From: Auanema rhodensis
Lineage: Eukaryota; Animalia; Nematoda
Reading direction: 5' to 3'
Assembly (NCBI GenBank): GCA_964057225.1
Contig: OZ059899.1
Span: 20,460,001 to 20,524,000, forward strand
DNA length: 64,000 nucleotides
The notes below the pieces were generated by a model. The model was given only the letters and a program-made list of their open reading frames with translations. It was not told the DNA's origin and ran no database searches. Below are positions 51,601 through 64,000 of the stretch, piece after piece. Made by a program: the position numbers and the translations under genes. How positions within the stretch are numbered: position 1 is the first letter of the stretch; every line of letters begins with the position of its first letter.

Positions 51601-54500
51601 AATCTGATAACACAGATCGACGCAGCTTAAAAATCCGCATCGAATGCACTATACTACATTGAAAAACGCTTGATACAAAAATTAGTTATGATCGTTTGAA
51701 AAAAGATGCATTAGTGTATGTTGAGTTTCCATGTACACTCAACATTGCTTCCAAAAACATTTTTACAAAAATTTTTCCGAAAAATTTCGAAATAATTTCG
51801 CAAAAAGTAGATGTTTTTAGATTCCTTTTTTCAAGGCAAAGACGATTAACATTGTTATTCACCGAAAAAATTGATTCTGCAGGGTGAAAATCGAGGATAT
51901 AAGTGTGAACTTATATCAGTTGATATCTCGGTGCATTTTTAAGCTAGCGCAAATCTGATAACACAGATCGACGCAGCTTGAAAATCCGCATCGAATGCAG
52001 TATACAACATTGAGAAACGCTTAATACAAAACTTAGTTATGATCGTTTGAAAAATGATGCATTACTGTAAGTTGAGTTTCCATGTACACTCAACATTGCT
52101 TCCAAAAACATTTTGACAAAAATTTTTCCGAAAAATTTCAAAATAATTTCGCAAAAAGTAGATGTTTTTAGATTCCTTTTTTCAAGGCAAAGACGATGGA
52201 CAATGTTATTCAAAGAAAAAATTAATTCTGCAGGGTGAAAATCGAGGATATAAGTGTGAACTTATATCAGTTGATATCTCGGTGCATTTTTAAGCTAGCG
52301 CAAATCTGATAACACAGATCGACGCAGCTTAAAAATCCGCATCAAATGCACTATACTGCATTGAGAAACGCTTAATACAAAAATTAGTTATGATCGTTTG
52401 AAAAATGATGCATTAGTGTATGTTGAGTTTCCATGTACACTCAACATTGCTTCCAAAAACATTTTGACAAAAATTTTTCCGAAAAATTTTAAAATAATTT
52501 CGCAAAGAGTAGGTGTTTTCAGATTCCTTTTTTCAAGGCAAAGACGATGGACAATGTTATTCAACGAAAAAATTAATTCTGCAGGGTGAAAATCGAGGAT
52601 ATAAGTGTGAACTTATATCAGTTGATATCTCGGTGCATTTTTAAGCTAGCGCAAATCTGATAACACAGATCGACGCAGCTTAAAAATCCGCATCGAATGC
52701 ACTATACTACATTGAGAAACGCTTGATACAAAAATTAGTTATGATCGTTTGAAAAAAGATGCATTAGTGTATGTTGAGTTTCCATGTACACTCAACATTG
52801 CTTCCAAAAACATTTTGACAAAAATTTTTCCAAAAAATTTCAAAATAATTTCGCAAAAAGTAAATGTTTTTAGATTCCTTTCTCCAAGGCAAAGACGATG
52901 GACAATGTTATTCAACGAAAAAATTAATTCTGCAGGGTGAAAATCGAGGATATAAGTGTGAACTTATATCAGTTGATATCTCGGTGCATTTTTAAGCTAG
53001 CGCAAATCTGATAACACAGATCGACGCAGCTTAAAAATCCGCATCGAATGCACTATACTACATTGAAAAACGCTTGATACAAAAATTAGTTATGATCGTT
53101 TGAAAAAAGATGCATTAGTGTATGTTGAGTTTCCATGTACACTCAACATTGCTTCCAAAAACATTTTTACAAAAATTTTTCCAAAAAATTTCAAAATAAT
53201 TTCGCAAAAAGTAAATGTTTTTAGATTCCTTTCTCCAAGGCAAAGACGATGGACAATGTTATTCAACGAAAAAATTAATTCTGCAGGGTGAAAATCGAGG
53301 ATATAAGTGTGAACTTATATCAGTTGATATCTCGGTGCATTTTTAAGCTAGCGCAAATCTGATAACACAGATCGACGCAGCTTAAAAATCCGCATCGAAT
53401 GCACTATACTACATTGAGAAACGCTTGATACAAAAATTAGTTATGATCGTTTGAAAAAAGATGCATTAGTGTATGTTGAGTTTCCATGTACACTCAACAT
53501 TGCTTCCAAAAACATTTTGACAAAAATTTTTCCAAAAAATTTCAAAATAATTTCGCAAAAAGTAAATGTTTTTAGATTCCTTTCTCCAAGGCAAAGACGA
53601 TGGACAATGTTATTCAACGAAAAAATTAATTCTGCAGGGTGAAAATCGAGGATATAAGTGTGAACTTATATCAGTTGATATCTCGGTGCATTTTTAAGCT
53701 AGCGCAAATCTGATAACACAGATCGACGCAGCTTAAAAATCCGCATCGAATGCACTATACTACATTGAAAAACGCTTGATACAAAAATTAGTTATGATCG
53801 TTTGAAAAAAGATGCATTAGTGTATGTTGAGTTTCCATGTACACTCAACATTGCTTCCAAAAACATTTTTACAAAAATTTTTCCAAAAAATTTCAAAATA
53901 ATTTCGCAAAAAGTAAATGTTTTTAGATTCCTTTCTCCAAGGCAAAGACGATGGACAATGTTATTCAACGAAAAAATTAATTCTGCAGGGTGAAAATCGA
54001 GGATATAAGTGTGAACTTATATCAGTTGATATCTCGGTGCATTTTTAAGCTAGCGCAAATCTGATAACACAGATCGACGCAGCTTAAAAATCCGCATCGA
54101 ATGCACTATACTACATTGAGAAACGCTTGATACAAAAATTAGTTATGATCGTTTGAAAAAAGATGCATTAGTGTATGTTGAGTTTCCATGTACACTCAAC
54201 ATTGCTTCCAAAAACATTTTTACAAAAATTTTTCCGAAAAATTTCGAAATAATTTCGCAAAAAGTAGATGTTTTTAGATTCCTTTTTTCAAGGCAAAGAC
54301 GATTAACATTGTTATTCACCGAAAAAATTGATTCTGCAGGGTGAAAATCGAGGATATAAGTGTGAACTTATATCAGTTGATATCTCGGTGCATTTTTAAG
54401 CTAGCGCAAATCTGATAACACAGATCGACGCAGCTTGAAAATCCGCATCGAATGCAGTATACAACATTGAGAAACGCTTAATACAAAACTTAGTTATGAT
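45700..54500 (+). repeat. Variant domain of the 351-bp array with 3/4/7-monomer higher-order units
   Basis: The TTCACCGAA variant is confined here, in monomers starting at 46782, 49239, 50292, 51696 and 54153 (spacings of 7, 3, 4 and 7 monomers). TTCAAAGAA and CATCAAATG are also confined to this domain. Confidence 0.85.
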
Positions 54501-55199
54501 CGTTTGAAAAATGATGCATTAGTGTATGTTGAGTTTCCATGTACACTCAACATTGCTTCCAAAAACATTTTGACAAAAATTTTTCCGAAAAATTTCGAAA
54601 AAATTTCGCAAAAAGTAGATGTTTTTAGATTCCTTTTTTCAAGGCAAAGACGATGGACAATGTTATTCAACGAAAAAATTATTTCTGCAGGGTGAAAATC
54701 GAGGATATAAGTGTGAACTTATATCAGTTGATATCTCGGTGCATTTTTAAGCTAGCGCAAATCTGATAACACAGATCGACGCAGCTTGAAAATCCGCATC
54801 GAATGCACTATACAACATTGAGAAACGCTCAATACAAAAATTAGTTATGATCGTTTGAAAAATGATGCATTAGTGTATGTTGAGTTTCCATGTACACTCA
54901 ACATTGCTTCCAAAAACATTTTGACAAAAATTTTTCCGAAAAATTTCAAAATAATTTCGCGAAAAGTAGATGTTTTTAGATTCCTTTTTTCAAGGCAAAG
55001 ACGATGGACAATGTTATTCAACGAAAAAATTAATTCTCCAGGGTGAAAATCGAGGATATAAGTGTGAACTTATATCAGTTGATATCTCGGTGCATTTTTA
55101 AGCTAGCGCAAATCTGATAACACAGATCGACGCAGCTTAAAAATCCGCATCGAATGCACTATACTGCATTGAGAAACGCTTAATACAAAAGTTAGTTAT

Positions 55200-58100
55200 G
55201 ATCGTTTGAAAAATGATGCATTAGTGTATGTTGAGTTTCCATGTACACTCAACATTGCTTCCAAAAACATTTTGACAAAAATTTTTCCGAAAAATTTCAA
55301 AATAATTTCGCAAAAATTAGATGTTTTTAGATTCCTTTTTTCAAGGCAAAGACGATGGACAATGTTATTCAACGAAAAAATTAATTCTGCAGGGTGAAAA
55401 TCGAGGATATAAGTGTGAACTTATATCAGTTGATATCTCGGTGCATTTTTAAGCTAGCGCAAATCTGATAACACAGATCGACGCAGCTTAAAAATCCGCA
55501 TCGAATGCACTATACTACATTGAGAAATGCTTAATACAAAAGTTAGTTATGATCGTTTGAAAAATGATGCATTAGTGTATGTTGAGTTTCCATGTACACT
55601 CAACATTGCTTCCAAAAACATTTTGACAAAAATTTTTCCGAAAAATTTCAAAATAATTTCGCAAAAATTAGATGTTTTTAGATTCCTTTTTTCAAGGCAA
55701 AGACGATGGACAATGTTATTCAACGAAAAAATTAATTCTGCAGGGTGAAAATCGAGGATATAAGTGTGAACTTATATCAGTTGATATCTCGGTGCATTTT
55801 TAAGCTAGCGCAAATCTGATAACACAGATCGACGCAGCTTAAAAATCTGCATCGAATGCACTATACTACATTGAAAAACGCTTGATACAAAAATTAGGTA
55901 TGATCGTTTGAAAAAAGATGCATTAGTGTATGTTGAGTTTCCATGTACACTCAACATTGCTTCCAAAAACATTTTTACAAAAATTTTTCCGAAAAATTTC
56001 GAAATAATTTCGCAAAAAGTAGATGTTTTTAGATTCCTTTTTTCAAGGCAAAGACGATTAACATTGTTATTCAACGAAAAAATTGATTCTGCAGGGTGAA
56101 AATCGAGGATATAAGTGTGAACTTATATCAGTTGATATCTCGGTGCATTTTTAAGCTAGCGCAAATCTGATAACACAGATCGACGCAGCTTAAAAATCCG
56201 CATCGAATGCACTATACTACATTGAGAAACGCTTAATACAAAAGTTAGTTATGATCGTTTGAAAAATGATGCATTAGTGTATGTTGAGTTTCCATGTACA
56301 CTCAACATTGCTTCCAAAAACATTTTGACAAAAATTTTTCCGAAAAATTTCAAAATAATTTCGCGAAAATTAGATGTTTTTAGATTTCTTTTTTCAAGGC
56401 AAAGACGATGGACAATGTTATTCAACGAAAAAATTAATTCTGCAGGGTGAAAATCGAGGATATAAGTGTGAACTTATATCAGTTGATATCTCGGTGCATT
56501 TTTAAGCTAGCGCAAATCTGATAACACAGATCGACGCAGCTTAAAAATCCGCATCGAATGCACTATACTACATTGAAAAACGCTTGATACAAAAATTAGG
56601 TATGATCGTTTGAAAAATGATGCATTAGTGTATGTTGAGTTTTCATGTACACTCAACATTGCTTCCAAAAACATTTTTACAAAAATTTTTCCGAAAAATT
56701 TCGAAATAATTTCGCAAAAAGTAGATGTTTTTAGATTCCTTTTTTCAAGGCAAAGACGATTAACATTGTTATTCAACGAAAAAATTGATTCTTCAGGGTG
56801 AAAATCGAGGATATAAGTGTGAACTTATATCAGTTGATATCTCGGTGCATTTTTAAGCTAGCGCAAATCTGATAACACAGATCGACGCAGCTTGAAAATC
56901 CGCATCGAATGCAGTATACAACATTGAGAAACGCTTAATACAAAACTTAGTTATGATCGTTTGAAAAATGATGCATTAGTGTATGTTGAGTTTTCATGTA
57001 CACTCAACATTGCTTCCAAAAACATTTTGACAAAAAGTTTTCCGAAAAATTTCAAAATAATTTCGCGAAAAGTAGATGTTTTTAGATTCCTTTTTCCAAG
57101 GCAAAGACGATGGACAATGTTATTCAACGAAAAAATTATTTCTGCAGGGTGAAAATCGAGGATATAAGTGTGAACTTATATCAGTTGATATCTCGGTGCA
57201 TTTTTAAGCTAGCGCAAATCTGATAACACAGATCGACGCAGCTTAAAAATCCGCATCGAATGCACTATACAACATTGAGAAACGCTTGATACAAAAATTA
57301 GTTATGATCGTTTGAAAAATGATGCATTAGTGTATGTTGAGTTTCCATGTACACTCAACATTGCTTCCAAAAACATTTTGACAAAAATTTTTCCGAAAAA
57401 TTTCAAAATAATTTCGCAAAAAGTAGATGTTTTTAGATTCCTTTTTTCAAGGCAAAGACGATGGACAATGTTATTCAACGAAAAAATTAATTCTGCAGGG
57501 TGAAAATCGAGGATATAAGTGTGAACTTATATCAGTTGATATCTCGGTGCATTTTTAAGCTAGCGCAAATCTGATAACACAGATCGACGCAGCTTGAAAA
57601 TCCGCATCGAATGCAGTATACAACATTGAGAAACGCTTAATACAAAACTTAGTTATGATCGTTTGAAAAATGATGCATTAGTGTATGTTGAGTTTCCATG
57701 TACACTCAACATTGCTTCCAAAAACATTTTGACAAAAAGTTTTCCGAAAAATTTCAAAATAATTTCGCGAAAAGTAGATGTTTTTAGATTCCTTTTTCCA
57801 AGGCAAAGACGATGGACAATGTTATTCAACGAAAAAATTATTTCTGCAGGGTGAAAATCGAGGATATAAGTGTGAACTTATATCAGTTGATATCTCGGTG
57901 CATTTTTAAGCTAGCGCAAATCTGATAACACAGATCGACGCAGCTTAAAAATCCGCATCGAATGCACTATACAACATTGAGAAACGCTTGATACAAAAAT
58001 TAGTTATGATCGTTTGAAAAATGATGCATTAGTGTATGTTGAGTTTCCATGTACACTCAACATTGCTTCCAAAAACATTTTGACAAAAATTTTTCCGAAA

Positions 58101-61100
58101 AATTTCAAAATAATTTCGCAAAAATTAGATGTTTTTAGATTCCTTTTTTCAAGGCAAAGACGATGGACAATGTTATTCAACGAAAAAATTAATTCTGCAG
58201 GGTGAAAATCGAGGATATAAGTGTGAACTTATATCAGTTGATATCTCGGTGCATTTTTAAGCTAGCGCAAATCTGATAACACAGATCGACGCAGCTTAAA
58301 AATCCGCATCGAATGCACTATACTACATTGAGAAACGCTTAATACAAAAGTTAGTTATGATCGTTTGAAAAATGATGCATTAGTGTATGTTGAGTTTCCA
58401 TGTACACTCAACATTGCTTCCAAAAACATTTTGACAAAAATTTTTCCGAAAAATTTCAAAATAATTTCGCAAAAATTAGATGTTTTTAGATTCCTTTTTT
58501 CAAGGCAAAGACGATGGACAATGTTATTCAACGAAAAAATTAATTCTGCAGGGTGAAAATCGAGGATATAAGTGTGAACTTATATCAGTTGATATCTCGG
58601 TGCAATTTTAAGCTAGCGCAAATCTGGTAATACAGATCGACGCAGCTTAAAAATCCGCATCGAATGCACTATACTGCATTGAGAAACGCTTAATACAAAA
58701 GTTAGTTATGATCGTTTGAAAAATGATGCATTAGTGTATGTTGAGTTTCCATGTACACTCAACATTGCTTCCAAAAACATTTTGACAAAAATTTTTCCGA
58801 AAAATTTCAAAATAATTTCGCAAAAATTAGATGTTTTTAGATTCCTTTTTTCAAGGCAAAGACGATGGACAATGTTATTCAACGAAAAAATTAATTCTGC
58901 AGGGTGAAAATCGAGGATATAAGTGTGAACTTATATCAGTTGATATATCGGTGCATTTTTAAGCTAGCGCAAATCTGATAACACAGATCGACGCAGCTTA
59001 AAAATCCGCATCGAATGCACTATACTACATTGAGAAACGCTTAATACGAAAGTTAGTTATGATCGTTTGAAAAATGATGCATTAGTGTATGTTGAGTTTC
59101 CATGTACACTCAACATTGCTTCCAAAAACATTTTGACAAAAATTTTTCCGAAAAATTTCAAAATAATTTCGCAAAAATTAGATGTTTTTAGATTCCTTTT
59201 TTCAAGGCAAAGACGATGGACAATGTTATTCAACGAAAAAATTAATTCTGCAGGGTGAAAATCGAGGATATAAGTGTGAACTTATATCAGTTGATATCTC
59301 GGTGCATTTTTAAGCTAGCGCAAATCTGATAACACAGATCGACGCAGCTTAAAAATCCGCATCGAATGCACTATACTACATTGAAAAACGCTTGATACAA
59401 AAATTAGGTATGATCGTTTGAAAAAAGATGCATTAGTGTATGTTGAGTTTCCATGTACACTCAACATTGCTTCCAAAAACATTTTGACAAAAAGTTTTCC
59501 GAAAAATTTCAAAATAATTTCGCGAAAAGTAGATGTTTTTAGATTCCTTTTTCCAAGGCAAAGACGATGGACAATGTTATTCAACGAAAAAATTATTTCT
59601 GCAGGGTGAAAATCGAGGATATAAGTGTGAACTTATATCAGTTGATATCTCGGTGCATTTTTAAGCTAGCGCAAATCTGATAACACAGATCGACGCAGCT
59701 TAAAAATCCGCATCGAATGCACTATACAACATTGAGAAACGCTTGATACAAAAATTAGTTATGATCGTTTGAAAAATGATGCATTAGTGTATGTTGAGTT
59801 TCCATGTACACTCAACATTGCTTCCAAAAACATTTTGACAAAAATTTTTCCGAAAAATTTCAAAATAATTTCGCAAAAATTAGATGTTTTTAGATTCCTT
59901 TTTTCAAGGCAAAGACGATGGACAATGTTATTCAACGAAAAAATTAATTCTGCAGGGTGAAAATCGAGGATATAAGTGTGAACTTATATCAGTTGATATC
60001 TCGGTGCATTTTTAAGCTAGCGCAAATCTGATAACACAGATCGACGCAGCTTAAAAATCCGCATCGAATGCACTATACTACATTGAGAAACGCTTAATAC
60101 AAAAGTTAGTTATGATCGTTTGAAAAATGATGCATTAGTGTATGTTGAGTTTCCATGTACACTCAACATTGCTTCCAAAAACATTTTGACAAAAATTTTT
60201 CCGAAAAATTTCAAAATAATTTCGCAAAAATTAGATGTTTTTAGATTCCTTTTTTCAAGGCAAAGACGATGGACAATGTTATTCAACGAAAAAATTAATT
60301 CTGCAGGGTGAAAATCGAGGATATAAGTGTGAACTTATATCAGTTGATATCTCGGTGCAATTTTAAGCTAGCGCAAATCTGGTAATACAGATCGACGCAG
60401 CTTAAAAATCCGCATCGAATGCACTATACTGCATTGAGAAACGCTTAATACAAAAGTTAGTTATGATCGTTTGAAAAATGATGCATTAGTGTATGTTGAG
60501 TTTCCATGTACACTCAACATTGCTTCCAAAAACATTTTGACAAAAATTTTTCCGAAAAATTTCAAAATAATTTCGCAAAAATTAGATGTTTTTAGATTCC
60601 TTTTTTCAAGGCAAAGACGATGGACAATGTTATTCAACGAAAAAATTAATTCTGCAGGGTGAAAATCGAGGATATAAGTGTGAACTTATATCAGTTGATA
60701 TCTCGGTGCATTTTTAAGCTAGCGCAAATCTGATAACACAGATCGACGCAGCTTAAAAATCCGCATCGAATGCACTATACTACATTGAGAAACGCTTAAT
60801 ACGAAAGTTAGTTATGATCGTTTGAAAAATGATGCATTAGTGTATGTTGAGTTTCCATGTACACTCAACATTGCTTCCAAAAACATTTTGACAAAAATTT
60901 TTCCGAAAAATTTCAAAATAATTTCGCAAAAATTAGATGTTTTTAGATTCCTTTTTTCAAGGCAAAGACGATGGACAATGTTATTCAACGAAAAAATTAA
61001 TTCTGCAGGGTGAAAATCGAGGATATAAGTGTGAACTTATATCAGTTGATATCTCGGTGCATTTTTAAGCTAGCGCAAATCTGATAACACAGATCGACGC

Positions 61101-64000
61101 AGCTTAAAAATCCGCATCGAATGCACTATACTACATTGAAAAACGCTTGATACAAAAATTAGGTATGATCGTTTGAAAAAAGATGCATTAGTGTATGTTG
61201 AGTTTCCATGTACACTCAACATTGCTTCCAAAAACATTTTTACAAAAATTTTTCCGAAAAATTTCGAAATAATTTCGCAAAAAGTAGATGTTTTTAGATT
61301 CCTTTTTTCAAGGCAAAGACGATTAACATTGTTATTCAACGAAAAAATTGATTCTGCAGGGTGAAAATCGAGGATATAAGTGTGAACTTATATCAGTTGA
61401 TATCTCGGTGCATTTTTAAGCTAGCGCAAATCTGATAACACAGATCGACGCAGCTTAAAAATCCGCATCGAATGCACTATACTACATTGAGAAACGCTTA
61501 ATACAAAAGTTAGTTATGATCGTTTGAAAAATGATGCATTAGTGTATGTTGAGTTTCCATGTACACTCAACATTGCTTCCAAAAACATTTTGACAAAAAT
61601 TTTTCCGAAAAATTTCAAAATAATTTCGCGAAAATTAGATGTTTTTAGATTCCTTTTTTCAAGGCAAAGACGATGGACAATGTTATTCAACGAAAAAATT
61701 AATTCTGCAGGGTGAAAATCGAGGATATAAGTGTGAACTTATATCAGTTGATATCTCGGTGCATTTTTAAGCTAGCGCAAATCTGATAACACAGATCGAC
61801 GCAGCTTAAAAATCCGCATCGAATGCACTATACTACATTGAAAAACGCTTGATACAAAAATTAGGTATGATCGTTTGAAAAAAGATGCATTAGTGTATGT
61901 TGAGTTTCCATGTACACTCAACATTGCTTCCAAAAACATTTTTACAAAAATTTTTCCGAAAAATTTCGAAATAATTTCGCAAAAAGTAGATGTTTTTAGA
62001 TTTCTTTTTTCAAGGCAAAGACGATTAACATTGTTATTCAACGAAAAAATTGATTCTGCAGGGTGAAAATCGAGGATATAAGTGTGAACTTATATCAGTT
62101 GATATCTCGGTGCATTTTTAAGCTAGCGCAAATCTGATAACACAGATCGACGCAGCTTGAAAATCCGCATCGAATGCAGTATACAACATTGAGAAACGCT
62201 TAATACAAAACTTAGTTATGATCGTTTGAAAAATGATGCATTAGTGTATGTTGAGTTTCCATGTACACTCAACATTGCTTCCAAAAACATTTTGACAAAA
62301 AGTTTTCCGAAAAATTTCATAATAATTTCGCGAAAAGTAGATGTTTTTAGATTCCTTTTTCCAAGGCAAAGACGATGGACAATGTTATTCAACGAAAAAA
62401 TTATTTCTGCAGGGTGAAAATCGAGGATATAAGTGTGAACTTATATCAGTTGATATCTCGGTGCATTTTTAAGCTAGCGCAAATCTGATAACACAGATCG
62501 ACGCAGCTTAAAAATCCGCATCGAATGCACTATACAACATTGAGAAACGCTTGATACAAAAATTAGTTATGATCGTTTGAAAAATGATGCATTAGTGTAT
62601 GTTGAGTTTCCATGTACACTCAACATTGCTTCCAAAAACATTTTGACAAAAATTTTTCCGAAAAATTTCAAAATAATTTCGCAAAAATTAGATGTTTTTA
62701 GATTCCTTTTTTCAAGGCAAAGACGATGGACAATGTTATTCAACGAAAAAATTAATTCTGCAGGGTGAAAATCGAGGATATAAGTGTGAACTTATATCAG
62801 TTGATATCTCGGTGCATTTTTAAGCTAGCGCAAATCTGATAACACAGATCGACGCAGCTTAAAAATCCGCATCGAATGCACTATACTACATTGAGAAACG
62901 CTTAATACAAAAGTTAGTTATGATCGTTTGAAAAATGATGCATTAGTGTATGTTGAGTTTCCATGTACACTCAACATTGCTTCCAAAAACATTTTGACAA
63001 AAATTTTTCCGAAAAATTTCAAAATAATTTCGCAAAAATTAGATGTTTTTAGATTCCTTTTTTCAAGGCAAAGACGATGGACAATGTTATTCAACGAAAA
63101 AATTAATTCTGCAGGGTGAAAATCGAGGATATAAGTGTGAACTTATATCAGTTGATATCTCGGTGCATTTTTAAGCTAGCGCAAATCTGATAACACAGAT
63201 CGACGCAGCTTAAAAATCCGCATCGAATGCACTATACTACATTGAGAAACGCTTAATACAAAAGTTAGTTATGATCGTTTGAAAAATGATGCATTAGTGT
63301 ATGTTGAGTTTCCATGTACACTCAACATTGCTTCCAAAAACATTTTGACAAAAATTTTTCCGAAAAATTTCAAAATAATTTCGCAAAAATTAGATGTTTT
63401 TAGATTCCTTTTTTCAAGGCAAAGACGATGGACAATGTTATTCAACGAAAAAATTAATTCTGCAGGGTGAAAATCGAGGATATAAGTGTGAACTTATATC
63501 AGTTGATATCTCGGTGCATTTTTAAGCTAGCGCAAATCTGATAACACAGATCGACGCAGCTTAAAAATCCGCATCGAATGCACTATACTACATTGAGAAA
63601 CGCTTAATACAAAAGTTAGTTATGATCGTTTGAAAAATGATGCATTAGTGTATGTTGAGTTTCCATGTACACTCAACATTGCTTCCAAAAACATTTTTAC
63701 AAAAATTTTTCCGAAAAATTTCGAAATAATTTCGCAAAAAGTAGATGTTTTTAGATTCCTTTTTTCAAGGCAAAGACGATTAACATTGTTATTCAACGAA
63801 AAAATTGATTCTGCAGGGTGAAAATCGAGGATATAAGTGTGAACTTATATCAGTTGATATCTCGGTGCATTTTTAAGCTAGCGCAAATCTGATAACACAG
63901 ATCGACGCAGCTTAAAAATCCGCATCGAATGCACTATACTACATTGAGAAACGCTTAATACAAAAGTTAGTTATGATCGTTTGAAAAATGATGCATTAGT
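55200..64000 (+). repeat. Variant domain of the 351-bp array with 5- and 15-monomer duplications
   Basis: AAAATTAGATG and AAAAGTTTTCC variants occur only here. TCTGGTAATA at about 58623/60378 and ATACGAAAG at about 59044/60799 have offset 1755 (5x351). Monomer types at 55908-57152 recur at 61173-62417 (offset 5265 = 15x351). Confidence 0.85.

Larger units (their letters stand above)
23637..64000 (+). repeat. Tandem satellite array, 351-bp monomer, 115 copies in the window, open at the right edge
   Basis: The repeat-derived ORF starts step by multiples of 351 (23968, 24319, 24670 ... 37657). There is one 1-bp shift near 37830, then exact phase from 38709 to 63630 (71x351). Confidence 0.99.

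Noticed and set aside
23968-63821. Repeated 63-aa (+) and 89-aa (-) ORFs as a tandem gene family
   Set aside because: They use non-ATG starts (TTG for the 63-aa ORF), are broken by stop variants in many monomers, overlap on opposite strands, show mostly amino-acid-changing variation and have no recognisable domain. They are by-products of the repeat.
1-64000. CRISPR array
   Set aside because: There are no unique spacers because whole units repeat, and there are no cas genes.
23637-64000. 5S rRNA, tRNA, snRNA or spliced-leader gene tandem array
   Set aside because: The unit length is compatible, but I recognise no 5S sequence, cloverleaf or SL leader on either strand.
1-64000. Assignment to a named satellite (Arabidopsis CEN178, primate alpha satellite, Drosophila 1.688/359-bp, Tribolium satellites)
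   Set aside because: The lengths are similar, but I do not recognise a sequence match. A database search is needed.
63650-64000. The window ends exactly in phase with the array start (115 whole monomers)
   Set aside because: The window edge is arbitrary, so this is treated as coincidence and not as an array end.

Overview
The window is entirely non-coding, AT-rich, eukaryote-type satellite DNA and spans the boundary between two tandem arrays. Bases 1-23219 hold about 127.5 head-to-tail copies of a 182-bp monomer. A short junction follows: a 10-bp duplication, a 17-bp filler and 400 bp of the same family inverted as a 176-bp deletion variant (23237-23636). Bases 23637-64000 hold 115 copies of a 351-bp monomer. 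Both arrays contain nested higher-order duplications, variant domains and near-perfect monomer-length conservation. All listed ORFs are by-products of the repeat, and I find no genes, RNA genes, CRISPR array or intact mobile element. The most interesting signal is by-eye evidence that the 351-bp satellite is a diverged dimer related to the reverse strand of the 182/176-bp satellite. The two share colinear motifs, the 351-mer carries two perfect 9-bp-stem hairpins exactly half a monomer apart, and the junction keeps the shared motif in register. I cannot assign the organism or a named satellite family. A centromeric or pericentromeric origin is an inference.
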